DNA of 64,000 nt from positions 63,426,001 to 63,490,000 of the forward strand of contig OX597826.1 of NCBI GenBank assembly GCA_951406725.2, in the 5' to 3' direction. The stretch comes from Octopus vulgaris. Taxonomy: Eukaryota. Below, one piece after another: positions 63,501 through 64,000 of this stretch (position 1 is the first letter of the stretch; the number at the start of each line of letters is the position of its first letter). The translations under genes were made by a program, and so were the position numbers. The notes beneath the pieces were generated by a model. It saw nothing but the letters and a program-made list of their open reading frames with translations, ran no database searches and was not told where the DNA came from.

Positions 63501-64000
63501 CGACCACGAATTTTTTTTTTTTTTTTTTTTTTTCCCCACATTAAATACCAATATAATCGTAACCTACATCAGTTTTCCGAAAGTTACAGGGAACAAAATC
63601 AATTTGAGTGAACTATCCAAAACTACCCTTCAGCCCCAACTGAAAAAAGATTTCACAACAAATCTTGGTCTAATCGGAATCTATACCATCTGACAGATAG
63701 AAGAAAATTTCATTCTGAAAGTTAGGAGGAACTAAATCTAGTGAGGTTTGTGGCGGGCACACATGTATAGGTATGCCTAATTTATATTTCATTCCGTCTC
63801 ACTCTTGATTTCTCTACTGTCATTCATCGAACACCCGAAGTTTGTCCCGGGGTCAAACCCACTGAGTGCTATTTTGGGTGTCTTTTACCATGGTCTGGAT
63901 CAATCAAAGCCTTCTGGGTGAAACTGGGCTGACGGGAACTGTACGAAGGGCCAGCAGGTGAATTGTACCTGTTATTTAACAGTAGCCTTGTCAGACACCG

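Overview
AT-rich, repeat-dense eukaryotic (metazoan) genomic DNA with GT-AG introns. The SINE/MITE repertoire looks like an octopus genome, which is an inference from recognised repeat families. Two spliced minus-strand genes can be read by hand. (1) A MED7-like Mediator subunit (coding exons 3293-3403 and <1-1435) whose frame stays open off the left edge, giving >=515 aa with a long acidic, repetitive C-terminal extension. (2) A complete 6-coding-exon FAXDC2-like fatty acid hydroxylase/sterol desaturase (34936 to 24460, 351 aa, phases consistent). The rest is tRNA-derived SINEs of several families, Helitrons (including a decayed Pif1-type helicase), a decayed Tc1/mariner element, Merlin-/hAT-/piggyBac-like MITEs, LINE remnants, a probable solo LTR and microsatellites. 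The most notable unexplained structures are minimal type I hammerhead-ribozyme motifs embedded in fold-back (Penelope-like) mini-elements, one of them behind a tRNA-like Pol III head. Also notable are several inverted duplications around and within FAXDC2 that could form pre-mRNA duplexes. Nearly all supplied short ORFs are repeat-derived noise. Repeat boundaries are approximate unless a TSD or terminus is quoted.
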